Positions 35,920-45,237 of a stretch of 56,547 nt of DNA are shown here, piece by piece. Position 1 is the stretch's first letter. The number at the start of each line of letters is the position of its first letter. Position numbers and translations under genes: made by a program. The stretch spans positions 1-56,547 of the IMG/VR virus record IMGVR_UViG_3300034116_000182; one strand, given 5' to 3'. The DNA comes from a virus (Duplodnaviria > Caudoviricetes). The notes under the pieces were generated by a model. The model was not told where the DNA came from and ran no database searches. It saw only the letters and a list, made by a program, of their open reading frames with translations.

Positions 35920-36516
35920 ATGAGTTCAACCTCTGCTCCGTTCGGCTTGCGCCCCGCGTTCCACCCTTCTGGTCTGGATCGCGCACAAGCGCTTGCGAAT
36001 GGTATTACGTCTGGATATTCCAGCAACATCTTGAAAGGTCAACCCGTTCAATACGGTACGACCGCTAACTCTGGTACTCTCGGTACTATCATCGCCGCAG
36101 GCACAACTGGCGCTATCGCTGGTGCGTTTGCTGGTGTTGAGTGGACTGACACTACTGGACGTCGTCGCGTGAGCAACTACTGGCCTGCATCTACTGCATA
36201 CACCACTGGTTCTTGCGTAGCTTACTTCTACAACGATCAAAACATCGTTTATGAAATCCAAGCTGACGGTTCTATGGCTCAAACCACAATCGGTAATGAG
36301 TTCAACCTAAACAACTTGACTGCTGGCTCGACCACTACTGGTCTGTCACAAGCAACCTTGAACTCCGCTTCTGCGGCTGGCAATGGTTCGCAAGCCCAAG
36401 TTCGTGTGGTTGACCTCGCACCCTACGTTGACAATGCATGGGGTGATTCATACACCATCGTTCGTGTCGTTATCGCTAACTCGCAATTCTTCGGTGCTGT
36501 CACCGCGATTGCTTAA
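35920..36516 (+). CDS. Capsid decoration/minor capsid protein
   Basis: APFGLRP N-terminus, G.F.GVE.TD..G, beta-rich; just before the major capsid gene. Confidence 0.7.
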   Translation: MSSTSAPFGLRPAFHPSGLDRAQALANGITSGYSSNILKGQPVQYGTTANSGTLGTIIAAGTTGAIAGAFAGVEWTDTTGRRRVSNYWPASTAYTTGSCVAYFYNDQNIVYEIQADGSMAQTTIGNEFNLNNLTAGSTTTGLSQATLNSASAAGNGSQAQVRVVDLAPYVDNAWGDSYTIVRVVIANSQFFGAVTAIA

Positions 36517-36535
36517 TTTAAAGGGAGCATAAATT

Positions 36536-37450
36536 ATGGCCGCCCCAATGCGCAGTACGGACTTTAGAAGCATCGTTGAACCTATTCTCAACGAGTGCTT
36601 CGATGGAGTCTATGACCAACGAGCCGACGAATGGAGCCGTGTGTTCCGTGAAGAAGATGGCATTCCCCGTAACTACCACGAAGAACCCGTCTTGTACGGT
36701 TTCGGCGCGGCACCTCAGTTGCCTGACGGCACTCCTGTGACGTACCAACAAGGTGGTGTGTTGTTCCTCAAACGCTATGTGTACAAAGTGTATGGCCTTG
36801 CCTTCGCTCTGACCAAAGTGTTGGTGGAAGACGGTGATCACATCCGTATCGGTCAAGTTTATGCACGTCACTTGGCACAGTCTTTGGTGGAAACCAAAGA
36901 GTTGTTGTCAGCTAACGTGTTGAACACAGCGTTCAGCTCAAGCTACCCCGGTGGCGACGGCGTGTCCCTGACCAATACTGCTCACCCAATTGTGAACGGT
37001 ACATTCAGCAACCAATTGGCTACATCTGCCAACTTGTCCCAGACTTCTTTGGAACAAATGTTGATCCAGATCCGTCAAGCAGTTGACAACAACGGCAAGA
37101 AGATTCGTTTGGTTCCACGTCAATTGATCGTGGCTCCCGGCAACATCTTCCAAGCTGAAGTTCTCTTGAAATCTGTCTTGCGTACAGGTAACGCAAACAA
37201 CGACATCAACCCTGTCAAGTCCATCGGTTTGTTGGACGAAGGCGCGGCTGTTCTGTCACGTTTGACTAGCCCTACAGCATGGTGGGTTCAGACCGACGCT
37301 CCTGAGGGCTTCAAGCTCTTGATGCGTCGTCGTTTGGAGAAAACTATGGAAGGTGACTTCGAGACTGACTCTATGCGCTACAAAGCGACAGAGCGTTACG
37401 ACGTTGGCTTCACTGACCCTCGTGCCGCCTACGGTACAGCAGGCGTCTAA
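36536..37450 (+). CDS. Major capsid protein (HK97 fold, Mu gpT-like)
   Basis: GFG.AP...G..V.Y, GGDGV.L....HP, P..LIV.P, ME.DFET...RYKA.ERY..G..DPR..YG. Confidence 0.92.
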   Translation: MAAPMRSTDFRSIVEPILNECFDGVYDQRADEWSRVFREEDGIPRNYHEEPVLYGFGAAPQLPDGTPVTYQQGGVLFLKRYVYKVYGLAFALTKVLVEDGDHIRIGQVYARHLAQSLVETKELLSANVLNTAFSSSYPGGDGVSLTNTAHPIVNGTFSNQLATSANLSQTSLEQMLIQIRQAVDNNGKKIRLVPRQLIVAPGNIFQAEVLLKSVLRTGNANNDINPVKSIGLLDEGAAVLSRLTSPTAWWVQTDAPEGFKLLMRRRLEKTMEGDFETDSMRYKATERYDVGFTDPRAAYGTAGV

Positions 37451-37453
37451 GCC

Positions 37454-37487
37454 AAAGGGGTGGAATATACTCCACCCCTTTTTTTTA
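37454..37487 (+). terminator. Terminator after the major capsid gene
   Basis: AAAGGGGTGGA-ATATAC-TCCACCCCTTT followed by a T-tract. Confidence 0.9.
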
Positions 37488-37518
37488 ATCTGATCAAGCT
37501 TTTCAAGGAGAAGATCAA

Positions 37519-38496
37519 ATGCCACAATTTTCCGACGATTTATTTCTAGGTTCCGCTGTTACCTATCAAGGTGCGGACGCCTACCCTGCTGTTGCAACTT
37601 TTACTGGTTCAATTTCTACCACTACACTTACAGTCACCGCGATGCTTTCTGGTGACAATATTGCTGTTGGTATGTTTATTGACAGTTCAACTTCACTTAC
37701 CAATGGAACTTACATTACCGCTTTTGGTACAGGTTCTGGCGGTGTAGGAACTTACACCGTAAGTGCCTCACAAACTGTAGCAAGCTCCACAATTGTCGGC
37801 TCTGGTAATGCTTTGTTGCAAAACCCATCCACAATGACTGTAGGTGTTGGCCCATTGGGTCGCGTCTATATTTGGGACGCTGTACCACAGGCAAAACTGA
37901 CGACTAACATTGTTGCCGCCGCCATTACAACTGCTACCACGCTCACGCTTGCCGCAGGTGCTGGTGTTACATCAACAACCATTGTTGGCGGTACAACAGG
38001 CTTGCAACTTGATTGCCCTCGTGCCGTGTGTACAACCACTGGTGCTGGTTCTCCAACTTCTGTCAACATTACTGTTTCTGGTTACGACTACTACGGTCAA
38101 GCCATGAGCGAGGTAATTGCAACAGGAACAGTGGCATCAACAACTGTTAATGGTAAAAAAGCCTTCTACCAGATCTCTAGTGTCACTGCTTCTGGCGGAA
38201 GTGTGGTAACTGTTGCGGTAGGTACAACCGACATCTTGGGCGCACCATTGCGTATCATTGATAGAGGCTACGTTACCCGCGCTGGTTGGGACAATACTTT
38301 GGCTGAAGATGCTGGAACTATGACTGTTGCCGCTACCGCCACAGCAACCACAACCACTGGTGATGTGAGGGGTACTTATTTGCCCTCGTCTGCTTGTGAC
38401 GGTATCAAGCGTCTTGTAATGGGAATAGCCCTGCCAGCAATTGCGGCAGGCCCGAATGCAACTCGTGTTGGCGCGTTTGGCGTCACACAAGCATAA
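37519..38496 (+). CDS. Virion structural protein, Thr/Gly-rich beta protein, 325 aa
   Basis: [14 protein letters not shown]...GTYTVS module; DCPR...V.GYDYYGQ.MSE; position after capsid. Confidence 0.7.
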   Translation: MPQFSDDLFLGSAVTYQGADAYPAVATFTGSISTTTLTVTAMLSGDNIAVGMFIDSSTSLTNGTYITAFGTGSGGVGTYTVSASQTVASSTIVGSGNALLQNPSTMTVGVGPLGRVYIWDAVPQAKLTTNIVAAAITTATTLTLAAGAGVTSTTIVGGTTGLQLDCPRAVCTTTGAGSPTSVNITVSGYDYYGQAMSEVIATGTVASTTVNGKKAFYQISSVTASGGSVVTVAVGTTDILGAPLRIIDRGYVTRAGWDNTLAEDAGTMTVAATATATTTTGDVRGTYLPSSACDGIKRLVMGIALPAIAAGPNATRVGAFGVTQA

Positions 38497-38506
38497 GGAG
38501 AGCAAC

Positions 38507-39646
38507 ATGGGACAATTTAAACCAATGGTCAAAATGATGACCACTGAGCCTTCAGTTATTCTGAAGCTAAAGAAAGGCGGCAAAGTAGAGCACAAGATGG
38601 ACGGTGGGTATATGCCCATGCAGTCAACTATGCCTGCTCAAGCAATGCCAGCAATGCCTGCTCGTGGTGGTTTAGCTTCTGCGGCTAGCCCCATGAAACC
38701 GTCTATGGCGGCTCGTCGCAAGGCGATGATGGCAAAGCCTGCTATGAGTCCTACCCTGATGAAAAAAGGTGGTAAGACTGACAAGCATGAAGACGCCGCT
38801 CAAGATCGTGCAATGATCAAAAAGGCTATGGCTGGTAAGAAGTTTGCAACTGGTGGCGTTGTCAACGGTCAAGGTGGCTTCAAGGATGGTGGCATCATCA
38901 AGTCAACCAAGGGCGAGACAAAGATGGTAACTTCCAAAGTTGACCACTCACCTGCCAAAACTGGCGGTGTGAAGTTGGGCAATGGCGGTGGTTATGCTAC
39001 TGGTGGCGTTGCTAAGGCTAATGGTGGTGGTTACAAGATGGGTGGTTCCACAAAAAAAGCCTACGCGACGGGGGGAACTGTTGATACAGGCAAACCCGTC
39101 GCGATGCCCAAAAAGCCAGTATCAAAGCCAATAGCAAACAGTTTGCAGTCTGGAACGTTTGCTAAAGGCGGTAAGGTCGAGAAAGCGGAAAAACCAAACC
39201 TCCGCCTTATCAAGACTTACACTGGCCCTAAAGGACACGTAGCAAAAGTTTACAAGGATCGTGACTGGCAAGAGTACAGAACTAAGTTCTATACTCCTGA
39301 CGGTAAGTATCTAACTGAAGGCGACTCACACACTGATGACGCTGAAGATGCTCACTCAACAGCCAAGAACCAAGTAGAACACTCTCGCTATAAGCATGGT
39401 GGCACAGCGAAACGCTATAACACTGGAAGCACCGTAGACGCATCAAAAGGCGCATACGATAAATCTATTGGGCCAAGCGAGAGCGATATGGACATGGCGA
39501 AAGCTATCCGTAGCGTTCCACGCAAGCTGTTTGAAGGTGCGAAGAGCATGATGGGTATGACCCCCAAGCCTGCTGGTAGTGTTACAAAGACTGAGAAATC
39601 AGTTACTGTGACTCCTGCTGGCAAAAAGCGTGGTGGTGGTTGTTAA
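38507..39646 (+). CDS. Basic protein with about 10 GG motifs and a probable -1 frameshift
   Basis: AAGGAG RBS; LKKGGKV, FATGGVV, YATGGTV, FAKGGKV and others; ends KKRGGGC*. Confidence 0.8.
   Translation: MGQFKPMVKMMTTEPSVILKLKKGGKVEHKMDGGYMPMQSTMPAQAMPAMPARGGLASAASPMKPSMAARRKAMMAKPAMSPTLMKKGGKTDKHEDAAQDRAMIKKAMAGKKFATGGVVNGQGGFKDGGIIKSTKGETKMVTSKVDHSPAKTGGVKLGNGGGYATGGVAKANGGGYKMGGSTKKAYATGGTVDTGKPVAMPKKPVSKPIANSLQSGTFAKGGKVEKAEKPNLRLIKTYTGPKGHVAKVYKDRDWQEYRTKFYTPDGKYLTEGDSHTDDAEDAHSTAKNQVEHSRYKHGGTAKRYNTGSTVDASKGAYDKSIGPSESDMDMAKAIRSVPRKLFEGAKSMMGMTPKPAGSVTKTEKSVTVTPAGKKRGGGC
39052..39103 (+). other. Candidate programmed -1 ribosomal frameshift signal
   Basis: In-frame A_AAA_AAA, 5-nt spacer, perfect 9-bp stem CGCGACGGG/CCCGTCGCG; the -1 frame stops at 39082-39084. 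Confidence 0.7.
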
Positions 39647-39651
39647 GTAAG

Positions 39652-39677
39652 GTGGGGGCTTCGGCTCCCACTTTTTA
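39652..39677 (+). terminator. Rho-independent terminator
   Basis: GTGGGGGC-TTCG-GCTCCCAC-TTTTT. Confidence 0.9.
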
Positions 39678-39690
39678 ATTGGAGAGATTT

Positions 39691-40470
39691 ATGGGAACTT
39701 ATTCTTCTGCAACGCGCCAAGGGGCGTATGAGCCATTTGAACTGCAAGTAGCCCGTGGGCAAGTTGACGGTCACAAAGCCTTATTTAAATTCGGCATCAA
39801 CGGTGATGTCGGCACATCTGTTGAAACAGTTTGGGCGCAAGGTGGTACATATGTGTATCCTACCGCCGCAACTGTTATGAAAATCTCTAGCTCAAGTGCA
39901 GACGATACTTCTGCTGGAACTGGCGCAAGAACAATTGCTATTTTTGGTCTTGATGCAAATTACAACGAGATTAGCGAGTCGGTGCTTCTAGATGGGCAGA
40001 CAGCAGTCAACACTGGAAACAGTTACTTGCGGATTTCTAGGATGTATGTAACCACAGCAGGTTCGGGTGCAACTGCCGTAGGAACTATCTACGCTGGCAC
40101 TGGCACTGTTACTTCTGGTGTTCCTGCAACCGTTTACGGCATGATTGCTATTGGTGCAAACCAAACGCAGATGGCGTTTTGGACTGTACCTGCTGGGTAC
40201 ACCTTGTATTTGATGGGAGTTTTTTACACATCTGGAAACGCAACCGCAAATTCTTGGACAAACTTTCAATTGAATCAGCGTCCGTTGGGCGGAGTTTTTA
40301 GACAACAAACTTCTGCTAGGGTTGCTGGCAGTGGTGACTTTATTCTTGACCTGCACACCCCTCTTGTTTTTGCTGAAAAGACAGACCTTGAAATTAGGGC
40401 AATTGCTTCAGCAGGAACTTCAAACGTATCTGCCGAGTTTGAAGGCATCTACATTCAGAACCCTGACTAA
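39691..40470 (+). CDS. Probable virion structural protein, 259 aa
   Basis: KFG.N.DV...ETVW..GG.Y.YP...GTGART..I.GLD.NY beta-rich family; GGAG RBS. Confidence 0.65.
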   Translation: MGTYSSATRQGAYEPFELQVARGQVDGHKALFKFGINGDVGTSVETVWAQGGTYVYPTAATVMKISSSSADDTSAGTGARTIAIFGLDANYNEISESVLLDGQTAVNTGNSYLRISRMYVTTAGSGATAVGTIYAGTGTVTSGVPATVYGMIAIGANQTQMAFWTVPAGYTLYLMGVFYTSGNATANSWTNFQLNQRPLGGVFRQQTSARVAGSGDFILDLHTPLVFAEKTDLEIRAIASAGTSNVSAEFEGIYIQNPD

Positions 40471-40472
40471 TC

Positions 40473-40883
40473 ATGTCTGCCAAAGAAAAAGCCATGAAAA
40501 AAGCTAACGGTGGCTCTACAAGCCCGTATGACTACGATAGTGACGTTGACTACTACAGTGCAATTGGTCGCCTCAAAGAAGAAGGCGATGAGTCGCAAGA
40601 AGCACCTCGCATTAGCTCTGCTGTTTTAAACAAGCAAAAGACTATGCGCAGAAAGAATGCGGCGGACAGTGCAATGTCACTGGCGGCTAAACGTGCTGGT
40701 GATAAAGACGCTGACAAAAAAGTTCAAGATCGTTGGTCGCGTCGTGATCAATCTGAAAAATTAAAGTTCAAAGCCAAAACATCAAAAGCACCTGTTGCTG
40801 AGTCTGCTCGTAAAGAGTGGTCTGAAAAGATCGGTAAGGGCAAACCCGCTCCATTTAAAACAGGTGGCAGTTCCTGCTGGTAA
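40473..40883 (+). CDS. Basic hypothetical protein with GG motifs at both ends
   Basis: KKANGGST ... FKTGGSSCW*. Confidence 0.7.
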   Translation: MSAKEKAMKKANGGSTSPYDYDSDVDYYSAIGRLKEEGDESQEAPRISSAVLNKQKTMRRKNAADSAMSLAAKRAGDKDADKKVQDRWSRRDQSEKLKFKAKTSKAPVAESARKEWSEKIGKGKPAPFKTGGSSCW

Positions 40884-40886
40884 ATC

Positions 40887-41063
40887 ATGAAACAAGGTCT
40901 ATATGAAAATATTCATCGAAAACGTGAAAGAATCGCTAAAGGGTCTGGCGAGAAGATGCGCCGAGTTGGTAGCGAAGGTGCGCCAACGTCTAAAGCCTTC
41001 AGGCAATCCGCCAGAACAGCCAAAATGAAGGATGGCGGCAAGATGACAAAGTCTTGCTGGTGA
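40887..41063 (+). CDS. Small basic protein, 58 aa (GLY.NIH.KR.RI..GSGEKMR family)
   Basis: Read by hand; ends MKDGGKMTKSCW*. Confidence 0.75.
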   Translation: MKQGLYENIHRKRERIAKGSGEKMRRVGSEGAPTSKAFRQSARTAKMKDGGKMTKSCW

Positions 41064-41065
41064 TC

Positions 41066-41314
41066 ATGGCAAAGAACCCATCTTTAGCTATTGGTCGCGG
41101 TGAGAAGCTCCCTGCAAAACAGGGCGCTGGTTTGACTGCAAAAGGTCGAGCCAAGTACAACCGCGAGACAGGATCAAATTTAAAGGCCCCACAACCGCAA
41201 GGTGGTGCGCGTAGGGACTCGTTCTGCGCGAGGATGGGGCCAGTCGCTGAGAAGAGCGAAAAAGGCAGTAGAGCGCGAGCTTCAATGCAACGGTGGAATT
41301 GCCCCGGATGGTAA
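41066..41314 (+). CDS. DUF6321-like small basic protein
   Basis: GLTAKGRAKYNRETGSNLKAP...RRDSFCARM...W.C. Confidence 0.7.
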   Translation: MAKNPSLAIGRGEKLPAKQGAGLTAKGRAKYNRETGSNLKAPQPQGGARRDSFCARMGPVAEKSEKGSRARASMQRWNCPGW

Positions 41315-41323
41315 GGAAATAAC

Positions 41324-42397
41324 ATGGCATACAGCGGCACAGTCGGTCAAACAGTCGTCACGGTTCAAAACCTGATTGACAACGGAGCACGTCGGTGCGG
41401 TAAGCTGGCTGAGGAGTTGACTTCTGAGCAGGTTCTGAGCGCAAAACAATCGTTGTTTTTTCTTCTGAGCAACTTGATCAACCAAGGTATCCAGTATTTC
41501 GCCATCAAGAAGTACGTATACGGGCTTCAGCCGAATAAATACGAGTACCTGCTACCTGTGGGTGGGAATGACGTTTTAAACGCCCTATACCGCTGGATGA
41601 CACGTCCAACGGGTGGTTATACGACATCGGCTGGTGGAACTGTTGCGAATATCTATGATGGCGACGTTGCAACGTACTGCCAACAAACAACTGCAAACGG
41701 CAATTTTGTAGTTAACTACGGAACAAACCAACCTCAATACATTGGCTCTATTGGCTTTATGCCTTATGTGGCTGGTGGTGGTAGCGCGACGTGGAGTTAT
41801 GCATTCCAAGCGTCTACTGACGGTACTACGTGGACTACGCTGTACACGGGTACAAGCGTCACTGTGACTGACGGACAGTGGATTTGGGAAGACATAGACC
41901 CCGGCGCAAACGTCCAGTACTATCGTTTTCTTGCTACTGGTGGAACAACTTTGGCTGTGCGTGAGTGGTATCTTGGAGTTAACTCCACTGAAATCACGAT
42001 GGCTCGCTTGAATCGCGACGACTACACAAACCTGCCCAACAAGAATTTCACTGCAAACCAGCCGTTTCAGTTCTGGTTGAACCGCACAATCCCTCAGGCG
42101 ACGATCACGTTATGGCCTACGCCATCTGACGCCTTCTATCAAATGACGGTGTGGTATTCAGCCCAGATTGAAGATGTGGGTGCCTTGAGTAATCAATTGG
42201 CTATCCCTGATCGTTGGATGTTGGCTATTCAGAGTATGTTGGCTCACCAGATGAGCTTGGAGTTGCCGCAAGTTGATTTGGCACGTATCACGTATCTTGA
42301 AGGTCAAGCTGAGAAGTACTTCATTATGGCGGAGCAAGAAGAGCGCGATAAGTCGCCAATCTACTTTGCGCCGAATATTGGTGTGTACACAAGGTAA
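41324..42397 (+). CDS. Head-tail adaptor/tail tubular A-like protein with inserted discoidin-like domain
   Basis: A.RRCG...SA..SL..LL..L.NQG; RLNRDDY.NLPNK...P.Q.W; LWPTP; insert DGD..T...STDG..WT...YYRF. Confidence 0.7.
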   Translation: MAYSGTVGQTVVTVQNLIDNGARRCGKLAEELTSEQVLSAKQSLFFLLSNLINQGIQYFAIKKYVYGLQPNKYEYLLPVGGNDVLNALYRWMTRPTGGYTTSAGGTVANIYDGDVATYCQQTTANGNFVVNYGTNQPQYIGSIGFMPYVAGGGSATWSYAFQASTDGTTWTTLYTGTSVTVTDGQWIWEDIDPGANVQYYRFLATGGTTLAVREWYLGVNSTEITMARLNRDDYTNLPNKNFTANQPFQFWLNRTIPQATITLWPTPSDAFYQMTVWYSAQIEDVGALSNQLAIPDRWMLAIQSMLAHQMSLELPQVDLARITYLEGQAEKYFIMAEQEERDKSPIYFAPNIGVYTR

Positions 42398-42399
42398 TC

Positions 42400-42735
42400 A
42401 TGCCAAGATTCCTGAACACAGAAGGCAATGCTTCATTAGCGATTTTCATATGTGATCGTTGTAAAATGAAGCGAGCCATCGTTGAGGCACAACCTGACCC
42501 CAATTTTCCGGGTCTAAAAGTGTGTCAACAAAATTGTGCGGATCAAAAAGATCCATACAGGCTTCCAGCCCGAAAAACTGAGAGAATTACATTGCAATAT
42601 CCCCGTCCAGATGTTAGTGTTGCGACTGATGATAATTCCTTGGTAACAGGGGGTAATGATCAGTTTATTATTTCCACCGAGGGTAATACTTCCACTCCTG
42701 AACAGAATGGTAACCTCGATATTTTGAGTCCTTGA
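42400..42735 (+). CDS. Small Cys-containing tail-module protein
   Basis: ICDRC...GL.VC...C.D..DP...PRPD. Confidence 0.7.
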   Translation: MPRFLNTEGNASLAIFICDRCKMKRAIVEAQPDPNFPGLKVCQQNCADQKDPYRLPARKTERITLQYPRPDVSVATDDNSLVTGGNDQFIISTEGNTSTPEQNGNLDILSP

Positions 42736-42736
42736 T

Positions 42737-44497
42737 ATGGCATCAGCACAAGTACAAATCACTCAGCTACCATCCGCAGGAACCATTACTGGAAGTGAGG
42801 CGGTGCCGATTGTCCAAAATGGAGTGACGGTACAAACAACTACGGGTGCAATTGCCGCATCCCCAACTCAGACACAAACGTTCCTGACTAAAAATCTGGA
42901 ACCAACACTGCCAAACAGTCGTTACTTTTCGACTGACGGCAACTTTAGCCTGACAGACAATGGTGCTCAGTCTTACTATCGATTGAACCTCACAGGCATC
43001 GTAAACTACCTAAACACCATAAGTACTGGGGTGGTTGTAAAAGACGCCTCAGGTACCCTTGTAGCGCGTACTCTAAGCACTTCTGGTGGCGGTATTAGCG
43101 TCACCAATGGTAGTGGTGTTAGCGGTGATCCAACATTTCAGTTGACAGGTATTTCAAGTGCAATTGCCAACATTGGTGTTGCAACAGGTTTGATTTCAAT
43201 TCAAAACGGAACAACAGCTACCGCAGTCAATATTCTTGGCACGACAAATCAAATTTCTGTAGCCAATGGAAACGGTACAGGCGATCCTACTATTGCGATT
43301 GCAAGTAACGCTGTATTGCCGGGAACTGGCGGAGTTGTTTTGCCAGTGGGTACAACAGGTCAACGTGGATCATCTACGCTAGGAAACATTCGTTACAACT
43401 CAACAACGGGCTTGTTTGAGGGGTACAACGGTGCTTGGACTGCATTTGCTTCTGGTTCTGGTGTTACATCTGTAGCAACTGGGACTGGACTGACTGGTGG
43501 CCCAATCACCTCGACTGGCACAATTTCTCTTGCTGATACGGCGGTGACGCCCGGCGCCTACACAAGTGCAAATATAACGGTTGACCAACAAGGTCGTATT
43601 ACTTTGGCGTCAAGTGGTGCTGGGGGTGTAACGACATTCAGTGCAGGCACTACTGGGTTTACTCCTAGCACTGGAACCTCTGGCGCAATCACCTTGGCAG
43701 GGACTTTGGCGCTTACTAACGGTGGCTCAGGTCAAACCACCGCTCAAGCGGCAATGAACGCTTTTGCTGGTGCGGTCACAAGTGGATCGTACTTACGAGG
43801 TAACGGAACGAATGTGGTGATGAACACCATACAAGTTGCTGATGTTCCAACGCTTAACCAAAACACAACAGGTACTGCGGCTAATGTCACGGGTACTGTT
43901 GCAATAGCAAACGGCGGTACTGGACAGACAACAGCGGCGGCGGCTATTACAGCCCTTACAGGAACACAGACAAGCGCTTACTACTTACGCTCTAACGGCA
44001 CAAACGCAACGCTTTCTGCACTGTCTGCGGCTGACTTGACAGGTACGGTGGATATTGGTGCTGGTGGTACAGGTCAAACAACAGCTTCTGCGGCGTTCAA
44101 TGCGCTGTCTCCTGTTACGACTACAGGTGATCTAATTATTGGTAACGGAACCAACAGCGCAACACGTTTGGCTATAGGCGCTAACGGATATTTGTTGACA
44201 TCTAACGGGACAACAGCATCTTGGGTTGCCGCGCCAGCAGGTGGTGTTACATCGTTTAGCGCAGGCACAACAGGGTTGACTCCAGCTACTGGAACAACTG
44301 GTGCTGTGACACTTGCAGGAACCCTTGCTATCGCTAACGGCGGTACTAACTCAACTGCAACACCAACTGCTGGTGGCGCTATTTATGGCACAGGGACTGC
44401 TTATGCAATTACTGCGGCTGGTACGGCAGGTCAGGTATTAACTTCAGCGGGTGCTTCAGCGCCTACATGGTCAGGAATCTCAGGAGGAACCTTCTAA
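42737..44497 (+). CDS. Tail fibre protein, 586 aa
   Basis: ITQLP.A...G.E.VPIVQ.G.T anchor; LPVGTT.QR...RYN.T...FEGY; repeated TLAIANGGTG; ends ISGGTF. Confidence 0.8.
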   Translation: MASAQVQITQLPSAGTITGSEAVPIVQNGVTVQTTTGAIAASPTQTQTFLTKNLEPTLPNSRYFSTDGNFSLTDNGAQSYYRLNLTGIVNYLNTISTGVVVKDASGTLVARTLSTSGGGISVTNGSGVSGDPTFQLTGISSAIANIGVATGLISIQNGTTATAVNILGTTNQISVANGNGTGDPTIAIASNAVLPGTGGVVLPVGTTGQRGSSTLGNIRYNSTTGLFEGYNGAWTAFASGSGVTSVATGTGLTGGPITSTGTISLADTAVTPGAYTSANITVDQQGRITLASSGAGGVTTFSAGTTGFTPSTGTSGAITLAGTLALTNGGSGQTTAQAAMNAFAGAVTSGSYLRGNGTNVVMNTIQVADVPTLNQNTTGTAANVTGTVAIANGGTGQTTAAAAITALTGTQTSAYYLRSNGTNATLSALSAADLTGTVDIGAGGTGQTTASAAFNALSPVTTTGDLIIGNGTNSATRLAIGANGYLLTSNGTTASWVAAPAGGVTSFSAGTTGLTPATGTTGAVTLAGTLAIANGGTNSTATPTAGGAIYGTGTAYAITAAGTAGQVLTSAGASAPTWSGISGGTF

Positions 44498-44808
44498 TGG
44501 CGGCAACAAACTTCACCCCTATTTCGCTGTACTACAGCACCACGGCTACGACAATCCCATCATCTGGCAATTTGGTCAGTGGTGAGTTGGCTTTGAACAT
44601 TGCCAACACGGACATGAGTATTTATACAAAGAACGCTTCAGGCACTGTAAAACGCTTGTTCAACAATCCTGCCGCGTTAAAATATCCAACTGCGGACGGT
44701 TCAGCAAATCAAGCAGTTGTGACAGACGGTGCAGGTAATTTGTCGTTTGGTACCGCTGGTATTTCAACTGGTAAAGCCATTGCGATGGCAATGATTTTTG
44801 GATTCTAA
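44497..44808 (+). CDS. Short tail-fibre module protein
   Basis: P...L..GELALN...D...Y.K attachment-type motif; ends GKAIAMAMIFG. Confidence 0.65.
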   Translation: MAATNFTPISLYYSTTATTIPSSGNLVSGELALNIANTDMSIYTKNASGTVKRLFNNPAALKYPTADGSANQAVVTDGAGNLSFGTAGISTGKAIAMAMIFGF

Positions 44809-44820
44809 GGAGCGATAAAC

Positions 44821-45225
44821 ATGGCAAATCCTAATATTGTCAACGTCACAAGTATTTATGGGAATGTGGCGTATGTCACTCCTAGTGCTACGAGTGTCTC
44901 GACTGCATGGACTTACAACGGCACTACGGCGTTGACTGGTCTTACACCTGCTGTTGGCACGGTCAATCGTGTCACTAGCATTGTTGTGGCTAACGTCACT
45001 TCATCTGCGGCAAACTGCACAGTACAGATTTCAAACAATCCCACGTTTGCTTCTGGCACTGCATATAGCATTGCGTATCAGATCAGTGTGCCTCCAAACG
45101 CATCATTGATTGTGACTGATAAGACCTCATCGTTTTATGTGACTGAAAACCAGTCTGTAGGCGTGATCTCTGGAACAGCCAGCGCATTGGTTTATACAGC
45201 TACATTTGAAGCAATTACGTCTTAA
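44821..45225 (+). CDS. Tail-fibre distal/connector beta-sandwich protein
   Basis: MANPNIVNV..IYG...SI.VANV...ISVP.NASL; precedes the Gly-rich genes. Confidence 0.65.
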   Translation: MANPNIVNVTSIYGNVAYVTPSATSVSTAWTYNGTTALTGLTPAVGTVNRVTSIVVANVTSSAANCTVQISNNPTFASGTAYSIAYQISVPPNASLIVTDKTSSFYVTENQSVGVISGTASALVYTATFEAITS

Positions 45226-45237
45226 TAGGGGGCTTTC

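Noticed and set aside
40494-40520. KKANGGST resembling the ribosomal protein L27 N-terminus (KKAGGST)
   Set aside because: Too short, and explained by the general GG motif.
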